DNA of 64,000 bases, from NCBI RefSeq assembly GCF_006345805.1, contig NC_043002.1, positions 16,616,001 to 16,680,000 of the forward strand, read 5' to 3'. Positions 63,390 through 64,000 of this stretch are shown piece after piece. The stretch comes from Octopus sinensis. Its lineage: Eukaryota. The notes beneath the pieces are model-generated. The model had not been told where the DNA came from. It searched no databases and was given only the letters and a program-made list of their open reading frames with translations. Positions within the stretch are counted from its first letter, which is position 1. Each line of letters begins with the position of its first letter. The position numbers and the translations under genes are program-made.

Positions 63390-63520
63390 GGATATAGGGT
63401 AAAGTATTTTTAATTTAACAATTAATAAACTTTAACAAGTAGTTTCGGTATCGAAAAAAAACCCATTATCAGTAAAATCTTGTACAAAAAGTTTGTTTTA
63501 TACATAATTATTATTATAAT

Positions 63521-63633
63521 TAAGGGTTTAGCAACAAGTTGCTTCACCAAATACCGAAAAGAATTAGCTGTCTTTTCGCCTGCTATTTCTAAATTTTCGG
63601 TATGTGGTGAAGCAAATTGTTGCTAAACCCTTA
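63521..63633. repeat. Hairpin with 40-bp arms and a loop of about 35 nt
   Basis: TAAGGGTTTAGCAACAAGTTGCTTCACCAAATACCGAAAA pairs with TTTTCGGTATGTGGTGAAGCAAATTGTTGCTAAACCCTTA. Confidence 0.9.
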
Positions 63634-63664
63634 AATATATTTATAATTATATACTCTTTTAATT

Positions 63665-64000
63665 GTTTCAGTCATTTGACTGCGGCTATGCTGGAGCACC
63701 GCCTTTAGTCGAGCAAATCAACCCTGGGATTTATTCTTTGTAAGCCCAGTACTTATTCTATCGGTCTCTTTTGCCGAACCGCTAAGTGACGGGGATGTAA
63801 ACACACCAGCATCGGTTGTCAAGCAATGCTAGGGGGACAAACGCAAACACACACACATATATATATATATACATATATACGACAGGCTTCTTTCAGTTTC
63901 CGTCTACCAAATCCACTCACAAGGCTTTGGTCGGCCCGGGGTTATAGCAGAAGACACTTGCTCAAGATGCCACGCAGTAGGACTGAACCCGGAACCATGT
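63665..64000 (-). mobile_element. SINE family B (runs off the window end)
   Basis: CAGTCATTTGACTGCGGCTATGCTGGAGCACCGCC...GTCTACCAAATCCACTCACAAGG...GGAACCATGT. Confidence 0.9.

Overview
AT-rich, microsatellite-dense eukaryotic genomic DNA. It is most likely a coleoid cephalopod (Octopus-like); this is an inference from recalled SINE sequences, not a database match. The window is dominated by mobile elements. These include Penelope-like retroelements (PLEs: one long RT+GIY-YIG copy at 22188-27063 and a head-to-head pair of GIY-YIG remnants at 905-2290), a young near-intact CR1/jockey-like LINE (about 44990-49351) nested in a split mariner derivative, decayed RLE-type and RTE-type LINEs, Tc1/mariner remnants, three tRNA-derived SINE families and several fold-back palindromes. 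The main discovery is a set of six type-I hammerhead ribozyme motifs read directly from the sequence, belonging to four unrelated sequence families: 2226-2279(+), 22202-22252(-), 26932-26982(+), 57462-57504(+), 57758-57847(-) and 58021-58111(+). All cleave at GUA and all have a wholly or partly self-complementary helix III region. Five of the six lie next to (TA)n tracts, and one 476-bp palindrome appears to fold back exactly at a further degenerate ribozyme cleavage site. A phase-consistent chain of seven small + strand exons (27556-57279) could encode a 164-aa secreted Cys-containing protein, but this gene model is speculative. No rRNA, bona fide tRNA or CRISPR array was found. Most ORFs in the supplied track are microsatellite artefacts.
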